From the NCBI GenBank assembly GCA_018830005.1, contig JAHJTE010000003.1, positions 7,674 through 71,673 on the forward strand: a stretch of DNA of 64,000 nt. Direction: 5' to 3'. Below the pieces are notes generated by a model. That model was not told where the DNA came from, searched no databases, and saw only the letters and a list, made by a program, of their open reading frames with translations. Positions within the stretch are counted from its first letter, which is position 1; each line of letters opens with the position of its first letter. This document shows positions 1-11,184 of the stretch, piece by piece. The translations under genes were made by a program, and so were the position numbers. This DNA comes from Candidatus Omnitrophota bacterium (lineage in GTDB: Bacteria > Omnitrophota > Gorgyraeia > JAHJTE01).

Positions 1-10
1 TGCCATAGTC

Positions 11-1090
11 TCACAAGAAAGAGAAGAACTCAACTATCTTCTCTATCACTTTATATCTAATTAAATCGTTATAGAAAACAAATGCGACCAGAACAAGCAA
101 AAGGGCCAAACTTGCTCTATTTAACAACTCTTCGGTTTTATCTGAGAGCGGCTTTTTCCTTATGCGCTCGATAAGTAGAAATAAAAGATGTCCTCCGTCT
201 AAAAGCGGTATGGGCAGGAGATTAAAAATTGCTAAACTTACTCCTAAAACAGCAACTACATGCAGTAGTGCAGCTGGCCCAAATTCGAAGGCCTTATTTG
301 TGGCAAAGAATATTCCCAAGGGGCCTGTGACTGACTCCCTTAATGAGAGGCTACCCAGAAGCATCCTAGATAATGCCTGAAGCGTCAAAGAGGTTATGTC
401 AAATAATCTCTCTGTTCCTTTAGCCAATGCAGGAAATAATCCGTAACTTACTTTTACAGTCTCTTCCGAAGGACTTATTCCAATAAGCGCAATAGTTACT
501 TCTTCGCCCAATAAATTTTTTGTTTTCTTAAATTCAGGCCCTACTGTTAGATTAATTTCTTCTCCATCCCGAACTATTCCTAAATTAACTACCTCGCCTT
601 CTTCTTTATCATGGATAATCGAAGCTACATCCTCCCAATATTGGGTATCCTTCCCATCGATAGAAGTAATAATATCGCCAATTTGTATGCCGGCATGTTT
701 TGCCGGCATATCCTCTAATAATCCACCCACGCTTGTAGTTAAAACAGGAAAGCCGATAAAGAAAATACACCAAAAACAAAAGAAGGACATGAGGTAATTA
801 AACAATGGCCCTGTAATTATTACCTTTGCCCTGTCTTTTAGAGGACGTGCGAGAAATTCATAGCGTTTCCCGCTGTAACTCTCGCGGCTATCTCCAGCCA
901 TCTTTACATAGCCGCCAAGAGGAATAAGGCAGATTACATATTCTGTCTGTTTTCCCTTTATGCTAAATAATTTGGGACCAAACCCCAAAGAGAATCTTTC
1001 TACGCGTATGCCGAGGCATCTTGCAACAATAAAATGACCAAATTCGTGAACAATAATCAATACACTCAATACAGCAAGAAAAATCAACAT
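11..1090 (-). CDS. rseP: RIP site-2 zinc metalloprotease (RseP family)
   Basis: HEFGH zinc motif near the N-terminus, multiple TM segments, central PDZ-like region; classic position downstream of dxr/cdsA/uppS. Confidence 0.9.
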   Translation of the reverse strand: MLIFLAVLSVLIIVHEFGHFIVARCLGIRVERFSLGFGPKLFSIKGKQTEYVICLIPLGGYVKMAGDSRESYSGKRYEFLARPLKDRAKVIITGPLFNYLMSFFCFWCIFFIGFPVLTTSVGGLLEDMPAKHAGIQIGDIITSIDGKDTQYWEDVASIIHDKEEGEVVNLGIVRDGEEINLTVGPEFKKTKNLLGEEVTIALIGISPSEETVKVSYGLFPALAKGTERLFDITSLTLQALSRMLLGSLSLRESVTGPLGIFFATNKAFEFGPAALLHVVAVLGVSLAIFNLLPIPLLDGGHLLFLLIERIRKKPLSDKTEELLNRASLALLLVLVAFVFYNDLIRYKVIEKIVEFFSFL

Positions 1091-1104
1091 GGCCTATCTT
1101 CCTT

Positions 1105-2259
1105 TCAATATATTTTCTTTATAAATTCACGGCTGCGTTTGCGGGTAGAGAAATCAATATTCTCAATATCCTCTAATCTTAAAGAATTGGTCCCCTTATG
1201 ACTTTTGAGTGCCTTTTCTACAACCTTGGGAATACTTGCAAAGTTTAATTCTGAACGCAAGAATGCTGCTACTGCCTCTTCGTTGGCTGCATTTAATACA
1301 GTGCCTGCACTTTGCTTCATTCTAGCTGCCTGATATGCTAAAGACAAACAAGGAAAACGCTTCATATCAGGTTGTGAAAAATCTAAATTCTTTATCTTAT
1401 GAAAATCAAGACTAGGCAAAGGTGACTTAAGACGCTCTGGATACGAGAGTGCAAACTGTATCGGGATTCTCATGTCAGTAATTGATAGCTGTGCTAAAAT
1501 CGAACCATCAATAAACTCAACCATAGAATGCACTGCTGCCTGAGGATGAATCAAGACCTTAATTTTGGCGACATCAACACCAAATAACCATTTTGCCTCA
1601 ATCACCTCTAGTCCCTTATTCATCAACGTAGCTGAATCCACGCTAATCTTTTTGCCCATTGACCAGCGCGGATGACTTAAAACATCTTTTTTATCTACCT
1701 TCCTAAAATCCTTTCTTTTAAAATAAAGCGGCCCCCCGCTTGCTGTCAAAATTATTGATTTTAAGATTCCTAGATTATCTTCCTTGGCTAGACACTGAAA
1801 GATGGCGCACTGTTCACTATCAATCGGAACTAAAGTAGCCTTATGCCGTTGAATTTCCCTCTTAATAATAGAACCAGCGCTTACCAACGCCTCTTTATTA
1901 GCTAATGCAATCTGCTTGCCCGCTTTAATCGCTGCCAGCAACGGATATAAAGCGCTGAATCCGCTTGTTGCAACAAGTATAATATCAGCATTTTTCAAGC
2001 TTGCTAGCTGCTGGATGCCCTCTATGCCTGCAATAACCTTTGTTTTAGAAGGAACTTTTATTTTAAGCGCCTTTACTAGATTATAATCTGCACAAGCCAG
2101 GACCGGGACCTTGAATCTTCTGGCCTGGGAAGCCAAAAGTTCAACATTACTACCAGCAGAAAGACCTACAACAGAAAAGTCTCTTGGAAAACTCTTAATA
2201 ACTTCTAAAGTGCTTCTTCCGATACTACCTGTCGAGCCCAGAATGACTATACGTTTCAT
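1105..2259 (-). CDS. dxr: 1-deoxy-D-xylulose 5-phosphate reductoisomerase
   Basis: N-terminal ILGSTGSIG NADPH-binding motif, 384 aa, conserved uppS-cdsA-dxr-rseP synteny. Confidence 0.93.
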   Translation of the reverse strand: MKRIVILGSTGSIGRSTLEVIKSFPRDFSVVGLSAGSNVELLASQARRFKVPVLACADYNLVKALKIKVPSKTKVIAGIEGIQQLASLKNADIILVATSGFSALYPLLAAIKAGKQIALANKEALVSAGSIIKREIQRHKATLVPIDSEQCAIFQCLAKEDNLGILKSIILTASGGPLYFKRKDFRKVDKKDVLSHPRWSMGKKISVDSATLMNKGLEVIEAKWLFGVDVAKIKVLIHPQAAVHSMVEFIDGSILAQLSITDMRIPIQFALSYPERLKSPLPSLDFHKIKNLDFSQPDMKRFPCLSLAYQAARMKQSAGTVLNAANEEAVAAFLRSELNFASIPKVVEKALKSHKGTNSLRLEDIENIDFSTRKRSREFIKKIY

Positions 2260-2314
2260 TAAAATAAATATTTTGTGATTAGAGTGATTTTTTTAAGAGA
2301 TTAAGGACCAAACT

Positions 2315-3115
2315 CTATTTAAACATAACGCTCATGTAAAAATAAATCGCAGGGGTTGTGAATATAAGACTATCTATAACATCCAATACACCGCCTAATC
2401 CCGGCAAAGCACTACTTGCATCCTTAATGCCACAATCGCGCTTGATTAAAGACTCTGAAAGATCTCCAAACAGAGATAGAACGCCAATAAACACAGCAAG
2501 AAAAGCAAGATGCCAAAAACTAAACATTGGCAGCATTAGTTTACTCAAAAGGCAAAAGACGATATTGAAACCAAGGCCAGCCAATGCCCCTTCAACTGTC
2601 TTTTTAGGACTAATGCGCAAGATAAGTGCATGCCTTCCAAAACGAGAACCTACTAAATAAGCACCTATATCTCCTGCCTTTACTGTAAGAATAAGCATGC
2701 CCACAAGGGCTGGACCATGCGGCAGAAAATACAACTTTATCATAAAGCTGAATAACCAGGAAACATAAAGAATACCAAATAAAGTAACTGAAAGAGAAAC
2801 AACTGAAGTCGTTGCTTCTTTGCGGCTTAATTGCAAAAGGAATAAACAGATAAAGGCAAGTGTAATAAATAATAATTCCCAACTTTTTGTCAACTCAAAC
2901 TTAAAGAAAATCGATATAGGGATGACGATTCCGATTAAGATGCCAAAATAACGAAAGACCTTTACCCCTTTTGTCTCTACCATTTTAAAAAATTCATTTA
3001 AGGCTAAGGCGATTAAGGTAGTCACAACTATGGCAAATAGCCATGATATACGAATAGCTATAACGGTCAGGACAACAAGCGCTAAAGTACTAAAGATTCT
3101 TTTTGTAATTTGCAT
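2315..3115 (-). CDS. cdsA: phosphatidate cytidylyltransferase (CDP-diglyceride synthase)
   Basis: 266-aa polytopic membrane protein between uppS and dxr; C-terminal CTP-transferase signature region (GDLxES-like). Confidence 0.85.
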   Translation of the reverse strand: MQITKRIFSTLALVVLTVIAIRISWLFAIVVTTLIALALNEFFKMVETKGVKVFRYFGILIGIVIPISIFFKFELTKSWELLFITLAFICLFLLQLSRKEATTSVVSLSVTLFGILYVSWLFSFMIKLYFLPHGPALVGMLILTVKAGDIGAYLVGSRFGRHALILRISPKKTVEGALAGLGFNIVFCLLSKLMLPMFSFWHLAFLAVFIGVLSLFGDLSESLIKRDCGIKDASSALPGLGGVLDVIDSLIFTTPAIYFYMSVMFK

Positions 3116-3159
3116 ATAAAAATATTGATTTTAGATAAATCGAGATTATCTAGATAGAT

Positions 3160-3876
3160 CTAGATTCCCCCGAACCTTCTTGAACGTTCTTGATAAGCGC
3201 AAAGCGCGTTGATAAAATCTTTTTGAGTAAAATCAGGCCAGGGCTTCTGACTAAAGTAAAGTTCACTGTAAGAAATCTGCCAAAGCAAGAAATTGCTAAT
3301 CCTTTGTTCGCCGCTTGTACGGATAAGCAAATCAGGATCAGGTAATCCTGCACTATAAAGGTATCTCTCAAACATCGGCTCGTCAATGGAACCTGCCTTT
3401 AACTTATGACTGATCTTATCATGAATAATTTTATTCACAGCATCAACTATCTCCGTGCGCGATCCATAATTTAAGGCCAGATTTAATATCATTCCTGTGT
3501 TCTTTTTGGTTTTTTCTCTTGCCTCTTCAATTGCCTTCAGGAGCACGGTAGGAAATTCTTTAATTCTGCCTATGCATTCAAAGCGAATGTTATTCTCATT
3601 AAAATTCTTTATCTCCTTAACCAAGAGCATCTTTAAAAGCTGCATCAATAGCCCGAGTTCTTTCTTTGGCCGTTTCCAATTTTCTGTAGAGAATGCAAAA
3701 AGAGTAAGGACTTTTATTTTAAGCCTTGCTGCCTCCCTGACTATTTCCCTGACTCTTGCTACGCCCTTTCTGTGGCCTTCAGAGCGCGGTAGATTACGCA
3801 TCTTGGCCCAACGACCATTACCATCCATAATTATGGCCACATGCTGAGGTATTGATTTCAGATTAAGGCTCTTCAT
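3160..3876 (-). CDS. uppS: undecaprenyl-diphosphate synthase (cis-prenyltransferase)
   Basis: HVAIIMDGNGRWA motif near the N-terminus, 238 aa. Confidence 0.95.
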   Translation of the reverse strand: MKSLNLKSIPQHVAIIMDGNGRWAKMRNLPRSEGHRKGVARVREIVREAARLKIKVLTLFAFSTENWKRPKKELGLLMQLLKMLLVKEIKNFNENNIRFECIGRIKEFPTVLLKAIEEAREKTKKNTGMILNLALNYGSRTEIVDAVNKIIHDKISHKLKAGSIDEPMFERYLYSAGLPDPDLLIRTSGEQRISNFLLWQISYSELYFSQKPWPDFTQKDFINALCAYQERSRRFGGI

Positions 3877-3892
3877 ATTAATGCTGTCTCAC

Positions 3893-3921
3893 TTAACAAA
3901 ACGGGGGATTAGATATCCCCC
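3893..3921 (-). terminator. rho-independent terminator candidate after the OmpA-like gene
   Basis: GGGGGAT-5nt-ATCCCCC hairpin (3903-3921) followed on the minus strand by GTTTTGTT. Confidence 0.5.
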
Positions 3922-4009
3922 AAAGAATTGGTACAGAGCGTATTAAAAAATCTAGTAACAATACTAGCTCATAATTTTAACCCTTCTGAATTTGCTTCTA
4001 TACAAAAAT

Positions 4010-4651
4010 CTACTTCAGATTTAGAGCAGGCTTCTTCGGACTAGCCTTTTCTGATTTAGAAATTTCAGGTAAAATTACTATTTCAACGCGTCTATTTTTA
4101 CGCTTTCCTTCTTTAGTCTCGTTGGTATCTACCGGCCTATATTCTCCGTAACCAATTGCAGCCAGCCTCTGAGGCGCTATACCTTTTTTATCAATAAGAT
4201 AATGAACAACGCTGGTAGCTCTTGAGGTAGATAACTCCCAGTTAGACTGCCAGCGAGAATGTTTTATCGGCTGGTTATCAGTATGGCCTTCCACGCCTAC
4301 ATCTAAATCAGGCACAACCTCATTTACAACATCAGCAACCTTATCCAGTATAGGCATAGCGTCTTTCTTAATTTTGGCCTTACCTGAATCAAAGAGAATC
4401 TCAGCTAGAAACGTTACTACCAATCCACGTTCAGCCATTTCTAACTTTACTCCTTTATCTTTAATCTCTTTTGAAAGGCTCTTTCTTAAAGCAGCCCTTG
4501 CTCTTTCTAAATCTTCAAGCTTACTCTCTAGTTCTCCAATCTTCTCTACATCAGAGCGCCTACCTTTTTGAAAAATCAAGGTGCAACCAGTAGTTGCAAA
4601 AGCTATAAATAATACAGTAAAAACAATAATAATGCCTCTTATCTTTATCAT
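4010..4651 (-). CDS. OmpA/MotB-family peptidoglycan-associated (lipo)protein with coiled-coil region
   Basis: Signal peptide with possible lipobox (TTGC), coiled-coil segment, C-terminal OmpA-like domain (TDNQ...NRRVEI). Confidence 0.8.
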   Translation of the reverse strand: MIKIRGIIIVFTVLFIAFATTGCTLIFQKGRRSDVEKIGELESKLEDLERARAALRKSLSKEIKDKGVKLEMAERGLVVTFLAEILFDSGKAKIKKDAMPILDKVADVVNEVVPDLDVGVEGHTDNQPIKHSRWQSNWELSTSRATSVVHYLIDKKGIAPQRLAAIGYGEYRPVDTNETKEGKRKNRRVEIVILPEISKSEKASPKKPALNLK

Positions 4652-4809
4652 CTCGCTCCTCCTTTTTTAACTATACCTCATCTTCACGCACAACTCATGT
4701 GCGTCTATCTATAATAGCTAATTTATCAAGTCTTGTCAATTATAATTGTATCTATAATCAATTGAAAAAGTTGCGATCTCTAGACTTGGCTGTAAGCTAT
4801 AATGATTAA

Positions 4810-5547
4810 CTATTTGCCATGCCAAATTCTAATTTGAAAGATATTAAAAAACATTCTAAGGGAATCTGTCAGGACATTGACCTTCGAACCTCTGACATGC
4901 CTCCATCTTATAGGCACTTCTTTGATTTTGTATCCAAGTTTATTTGCTAGGTAAAGAACTTCCATATCAAAACCAAATCCGTAAATTTTGACTTGAGAAA
5001 ACAAGGGTTTTATGATTTCTTGCCTAAACATTTTAAAGCCACATTGGGTATCTCCTATCTCCTTTAAGAGAAATCTATGTACACAAAAGTTAAATATCTT
5101 TCCCATAAGCCGGCGGTGAATCCTTGCCTTTATTAATTGCTTTTTACCTTTAATGTTCCGGGAACCAATAATAATATCGTAGCCCTCCTGGAAATAGCGG
5201 ATATTACTTTCGATTTCATCAGGAAGGGTTGAACCATCAGCATCAATAAATAAAACAATGTCTCCTCTGGCCCTAAGAATTCCATATTTTACTGCAAAGC
5301 CTTTACCTCTATTGCGCTTTAAGGATGGGACTTGCAGACTAAGATATAGCTTCTTTAGCTCTAGTGCCTCCTCATAAGTCTCATCCGTACTGCCGTCATC
5401 CACTACGATTATCTCATATTTTTTTGAACTCTTATTGCAATAATCAAAAACTGCCATTAGAAAACGTGGCAAGCGTTTAGCTTCATTTTTAGCTGGAATT
5501 ACAATTGAGATATCTATCTTTTCCCTATGAGAGTTTCTGATTGACAT
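4810..5547 (-). CDS. family 2 glycosyltransferase (DPM1/polyprenol-phosphate sugar synthase-like)
   Basis: N-terminal IVIPAKNE...VVDDGS(T)DET GT2 motif, 245 aa, stop/start adjacent to downstream polytopic membrane protein. Confidence 0.8.
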   Translation of the reverse strand: MSIRNSHREKIDISIVIPAKNEAKRLPRFLMAVFDYCNKSSKKYEIIVVDDGSTDETYEEALELKKLYLSLQVPSLKRNRGKGFAVKYGILRARGDIVLFIDADGSTLPDEIESNIRYFQEGYDIIIGSRNIKGKKQLIKARIHRRLMGKIFNFCVHRFLLKEIGDTQCGFKMFRQEIIKPLFSQVKIYGFGFDMEVLYLANKLGYKIKEVPIRWRHVRGSKVNVLTDSLRMFFNIFQIRIWHGK

Positions 5548-5551
5548 TTAA

Positions 5552-6955
5552 TTACCCTGCTAACGCCTTATGTTGAATCTTTCCTGGAAAATTTAACAAT
5601 ATAATAAGAATGACGGCCAATGGAAAGAAATGTAAAATGAGCCTGGAGAGAGTAAATACTTCTAAGATATCATTAAAATTTTTTGTAAATAACGCAACTG
5701 AAAAATGTAAACCAAAAAATAAAGCTAAACTTAGAAGTAGTATCTGAATAGTAAAATTTTGCCTTACTTTTTTTAATTGTATTATAATTCCTAAGAGAAG
5801 AATAAACCAGATTATATTCCAATTAGAAGTCAGAAAAACTTCCTCTATAAACCTTATTAATATCGTCGGGAGTCGGGCAAAAGAAGCTAACTTAAAATCA
5901 AATTGCCACTTCTCATTAACACCTATATTGGCTAATAACTTATACCCAGCATAAAGAGAATAAATTCCAAAGCTGGGAATTACAAATTTAATAAGTTTAG
6001 AAAATGCTTCTTTAAAAACATTGAATTTTTTATGTATAAGAATAAATATCAATAAGATTGTGTGGATGATAAGATATGCTAAACCCTCTAACTTTAGAAA
6101 GGTCCCAAACCCTGAACACAAAGATGCCAAAATCAAATAGCCATCTTGCTTACGATCATTCCATATGAGTAAAAACATTAAACATAAACAATTGTAATAA
6201 AGCATGGATAAATCTCTCATTGAAACTGTCGCATGTTCAAGCAATAAATCCGAAGAAAAAAGCAAAAGACAACCTAAAAGAGCCCACTTCTTATCAGTAT
6301 AAGACTTAAGAAAATGATAAAATACGGTTAGGAAAGAAACAAATGTCAAAGGGAAGATTATCTTTAAATATTGGTCGTTCCATTGGCCAATATTAATTGC
6401 AAGCCAGGTTAAAGAAAATGGAATTTGAAGCGGGAAAGAAGCATGGGGAACATATGCTAGATTATCTAAGGATCGCTCGTAATAAAATACCTTGGCATTA
6501 AAGGCAGCTGTGGCAATAGAATCCCAGGCATATATGGGCAGCGTCAAGCTTCGGAATAATATGTAAAATATGCCGTAGGATACATAAAGGAGTCCTAAAA
6601 CTAAAAAGATGCATTTTAAAAAATTAAAAAGTCCTGTACTGTTATCTTTATTTGACTCTAGAATCCGATCATCGAAATAGGTATATTCTCGAATCGGCTT
6701 ATTTTTGATAAGTATATAAAAAAACAAGCAGAATATTAATACTGCGAGATTTATACTTATTACATTAAATTGTATGCCTAAAGCTGCCAAAAAAAGCATG
6801 CAATGTGCTAAAATTGCCATACCTAAACCATAGGAAACTGCAAGAGACACAGCTGTGCTTATCTTTATCCCTGAACATACATAGCAAAATAGTAAGTAAC
6901 CCGAAATAAAAGGCAATACTAATGCCAAAAAAATCTTTATTCCAAAAAGAGACAT
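5552..6955 (-). CDS. polytopic membrane protein, possible GT-C fold glycosyltransferase (ArnT/PMT-like)
   Basis: 467 aa with more than 10 predicted TM helices; immediately follows DPM1-like GT2 (4-bp gap). Confidence 0.45.
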   Translation of the reverse strand: MSLFGIKIFLALVLPFISGYLLFCYVCSGIKISTAVSLAVSYGLGMAILAHCMLFLAALGIQFNVISINLAVLIFCLFFYILIKNKPIREYTYFDDRILESNKDNSTGLFNFLKCIFLVLGLLYVSYGIFYILFRSLTLPIYAWDSIATAAFNAKVFYYERSLDNLAYVPHASFPLQIPFSLTWLAINIGQWNDQYLKIIFPLTFVSFLTVFYHFLKSYTDKKWALLGCLLLFSSDLLLEHATVSMRDLSMLYYNCLCLMFLLIWNDRKQDGYLILASLCSGFGTFLKLEGLAYLIIHTILLIFILIHKKFNVFKEAFSKLIKFVIPSFGIYSLYAGYKLLANIGVNEKWQFDFKLASFARLPTILIRFIEEVFLTSNWNIIWFILLLGIIIQLKKVRQNFTIQILLLSLALFFGLHFSVALFTKNFNDILEVFTLSRLILHFFPLAVILIILLNFPGKIQHKALAG

Positions 6956-7710
6956 CAGTTCCCCTTAACTCTTGAGCTTAACAAGCTCTCCTCGTCTAAT
7001 TTGTATCTTATAATCTCACCCTCAGGAACAAAGGCTCCTGCATTATCTTTTTGATAAAATACATGGACATCAACGGCTTTATGAGGTGGGTGTACTCTTA
7101 TATCAATGGGATATAGGAAATAAGCTAGTCGTCTTTGAGTCGTCATACCAGGATCCCTATCTAATTTCAAATCTGTGTCAAATTCTGCAACATGCATCCC
7201 AGGTAAATATCGCCTGCATTGCATTGCAAACGCATAAACAGAACCAAATAGAAAATATCTTTTTTCAAAAGAACTCATAGACCTGAATCTAATATCCTTG
7301 CTCAAGAAGTTATTTATATTATGAATTGATTGAACGCTTATTGTAGAAATAAAAACTATCATAGCAATTATAAATGGCCTGTTTAAATAAGAACCTAGCA
7401 ACTCTTTATCTTTTCTTTTACAATTTTTAAAGCGAAAATTAGCAAGGATAGCTATTAAAGAGGAGAAACTAATAATTAAATAGAGATAGAAATAAGGATG
7501 CCTATCGTTGATTAGTTTGCTATAACAGCTATTATAGGAACGCTCTACTTGTAGATTTTTAAAAAATATTAAAATTATTTCTAGAAAAGGAAGTTTCAAA
7601 TGCTGGGCTAATAAAAGGAGTAAAATTAATGAAGTGATTAAAACAATAGAAAAACAATAAAAGACTTCTAATAATAAGGTCTTCCCGGGAGCCTGTCTAG
7701 AAATAGTCAT
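6955..7710 (-). CDS. hypothetical membrane protein
   Basis: 251-aa ORF with N-terminal TM helices, translationally coupled to downstream gene; no recognisable motif. Confidence 0.5.
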   Translation of the reverse strand: MTISRQAPGKTLLLEVFYCFSIVLITSLILLLLLAQHLKLPFLEIILIFFKNLQVERSYNSCYSKLINDRHPYFYLYLIISFSSLIAILANFRFKNCKRKDKELLGSYLNRPFIIAMIVFISTISVQSIHNINNFLSKDIRFRSMSSFEKRYFLFGSVYAFAMQCRRYLPGMHVAEFDTDLKLDRDPGMTTQRRLAYFLYPIDIRVHPPHKAVDVHVFYQKDNAGAFVPEGEIIRYKLDEESLLSSRVKGN

Positions 7711-7767
7711 ATTTAAATTTTATATAATCGGTGTGGGTAGGAATTTTTTGTATGAAAGTGCTATCGG

Positions 7768-9861
7768 CTATTTGAAAAGAGTGTATTTTATAATAAAGGC
7801 CGTAAATACAATAGAAACCATGGACATAAGCTTTATCAAAATATTAAGCGAAGGTCCGGAAGTGTCTTTAAACGGATCTCCGATTGTATCTCCTACTACT
7901 GCTGCCTTATGGGCAGGTGAACCTTTTCCGCCCAGATTGCCTTCCTCTATAAATTTTTTTGCGTTATCCCAGGTGCCGCCGGCATTAGCCATCATAACCG
8001 CTAGAATGAAACCAGAAGCTAATGCGCCCATCAATAGTCCCAGTTCAGCTTCAAGCCCCAGTAGTAAACCAACAATTATAGGAGCACAAATTGCCAAAAG
8101 AGACGGCAGGATCATCTCCTTCTGCGCTGCAATAGTTGCTATCCTTACACAAGAGTCGTAATCAGCACACGCCTTGCCGCTCATAATTCCTTTTATCTGT
8201 TTAAATTGTCTGCGCACTTCAACCACAATCTTTCCTGCAGCATTTCCCACTGCCTTCATAGTAAAAGAGCAGAACAGAAAGGCAAGCATTGATCCAATAA
8301 AAATTCCACACACAAGACGAGGATTCAGAAGGCTAAGATCAATTTTCCCACCTAGAATTTCTATCTGTTCTTTATAGGCAACAATTAAGGCAAGGGCAGT
8401 AAGTGCAGCTGAACCTATAGCAAATCCCTTACCAGTCGCAGCTGTAGTATTGCCTAAAGTATCCAAGCTATCAGTGCGTCTGCGCACCTCTGGTGCAAGA
8501 GACGCCATCTGAGCATTTCCACCAGCGTTATCAGCCACAGGTCCATAGGCATCAGTAGCTAAGGTAATTCCCAACGTACTAAGCATGCCTACGCTTGCAA
8601 TGCCAATGCCGTAAAGTCCTAGGCTAAAATTCCAGGCCCCTCCAGATAAATAAAAGGCACTTAATATACCAACTACAATGAGCATTACTGGAATTGCGGT
8701 AGAAAGCATTCCCACAGACATACCTGCTATAATAACTGTTGCCGGGCCTGTCAGAGTAGCATTAGCAACTTTGATAGTAGGCTTATAGCGGCTGGAAGTA
8801 AAATATTCAGTAGAAAGGCCTAGGAATATACCCACCAGCAACCCTACGATTACGGAAAAATATACACCCAGATACTCTCTTCCTAAACTTTTAGTTATAA
8901 TAAAGTAAGAAAAAATCGCAATAAGAATAGCGGTAATAAAGATTGCTCGCCTTAGTGCGTTTAATAAAACTGCTTGGCCTGCTGCCTCTTTTGTCTTTAC
9001 CAAAAATATACCGATAATCGAGGCGATAACGCCGCAGGCTGCCATAGTCATGGGCACAACTACTCCTTTTACTCCCAAACCAGCTGCTACAGCTAAGGCC
9101 ATTGTTGCCACAATTGAACCAACATAAGATTCATAAAGATCTGCCCCCATTCCGGCAACATCACCAACATTGTCGCCTACGTTATCTGCAATAACTGCAG
9201 GATTTCTCGGATCATCTTCAGGAATGCCTGCCTCGATTTTACCAACTAAATCTGCGCCAACATCAGCGGCCTTAGTAAATATACCTCCTCCCACCCTGGC
9301 AAAAAGTGCTTGGCTGCTTGCACCCATTCCAAAACAAAGCATTGTAGATGTAATTGCGCTTATCTTATCAGTTCCAATAGGAATCGGATGGGTTGAATAA
9401 AACCAATCTAGAAAAAAATACCATATAGATAAATCTAGGAGCCCTAAACCAACAACAACAAGACCCATAACTGCACCAGAATTAAATGCAATTCGCAGGC
9501 CTGAATTAAGACTCTTAATTGCGCCATTAGCAGTGCGATTTCCAGCACGAACTGCAATAGATAATCCAATAAAGCCAGCAAGCCCTGAAAAAAATCCACC
9601 TGACAGGAAAGCAAAAGGAACGAAGATAACTAGATGACCTTTGCTTACCAAGAATAACAACAAGAAAAAAACAATGAAGAAAAATATACCAACTATCTTG
9701 TATTGCTGCTTTATGTAAGTATAGGCGCCTTGACGCACATATCCAGCAATCTCAATCATCTTGCTATTGCCTTCAGGTTGCTTAATTATCCAGACAATCA
9801 AGGCAAATGCTACAAATAAAGCAAGTAAAGAACCGACCGGTGCAAGAAAAATTAAACTCAT
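7768..9861 (-). CDS. hppA: membrane-bound proton/sodium-translocating pyrophosphatase (H+-PPase)
   Basis: 697 aa, about 16 TM helices, characteristic GDNVGDNVGD(V)AGMGADL motifs. Confidence 0.92.
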   Translation of the reverse strand: MSLIFLAPVGSLLALFVAFALIVWIIKQPEGNSKMIEIAGYVRQGAYTYIKQQYKIVGIFFFIVFFLLLFLVSKGHLVIFVPFAFLSGGFFSGLAGFIGLSIAVRAGNRTANGAIKSLNSGLRIAFNSGAVMGLVVVGLGLLDLSIWYFFLDWFYSTHPIPIGTDKISAITSTMLCFGMGASSQALFARVGGGIFTKAADVGADLVGKIEAGIPEDDPRNPAVIADNVGDNVGDVAGMGADLYESYVGSIVATMALAVAAGLGVKGVVVPMTMAACGVIASIIGIFLVKTKEAAGQAVLLNALRRAIFITAILIAIFSYFIITKSLGREYLGVYFSVIVGLLVGIFLGLSTEYFTSSRYKPTIKVANATLTGPATVIIAGMSVGMLSTAIPVMLIVVGILSAFYLSGGAWNFSLGLYGIGIASVGMLSTLGITLATDAYGPVADNAGGNAQMASLAPEVRRRTDSLDTLGNTTAATGKGFAIGSAALTALALIVAYKEQIEILGGKIDLSLLNPRLVCGIFIGSMLAFLFCSFTMKAVGNAAGKIVVEVRRQFKQIKGIMSGKACADYDSCVRIATIAAQKEMILPSLLAICAPIIVGLLLGLEAELGLLMGALASGFILAVMMANAGGTWDNAKKFIEEGNLGGKGSPAHKAAVVGDTIGDPFKDTSGPSLNILIKLMSMVSIVFTAFIIKYTLFK

Positions 9862-9888
9862 TTTTTAATCCTTTCTCCTTATTGACTG

Positions 9889-11163
<1,275 letters not shown>

Positions 11164-11184
11164 CTAAATATATTCTTTACTAAA

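Noticed and set aside
2358-3847. Plus-strand ORFs (2358-2660, 3497-3847) and minus-strand ORFs 2610-2882 and 3150-3386 overlapping cdsA/uppS
   Set aside because: They are fully embedded in, and antisense or out of frame to, well-supported cdsA and uppS genes, with low-complexity or Ser/Leu-rich translations typical of spurious frames. The same reasoning applies to the many 60-170-aa ORFs overlapping the RND, HK, PilB and TPR genes.
4682-4700. 7-bp inverted repeat ACGCACA-ACTCA-TGTGCGT between the GT2 gene and the OmpA-like gene
   Set aside because: It is not followed by a U-run on either strand, so it is not a convincing intrinsic terminator. It could be an operator or mRNA stem, but there is no supporting context.
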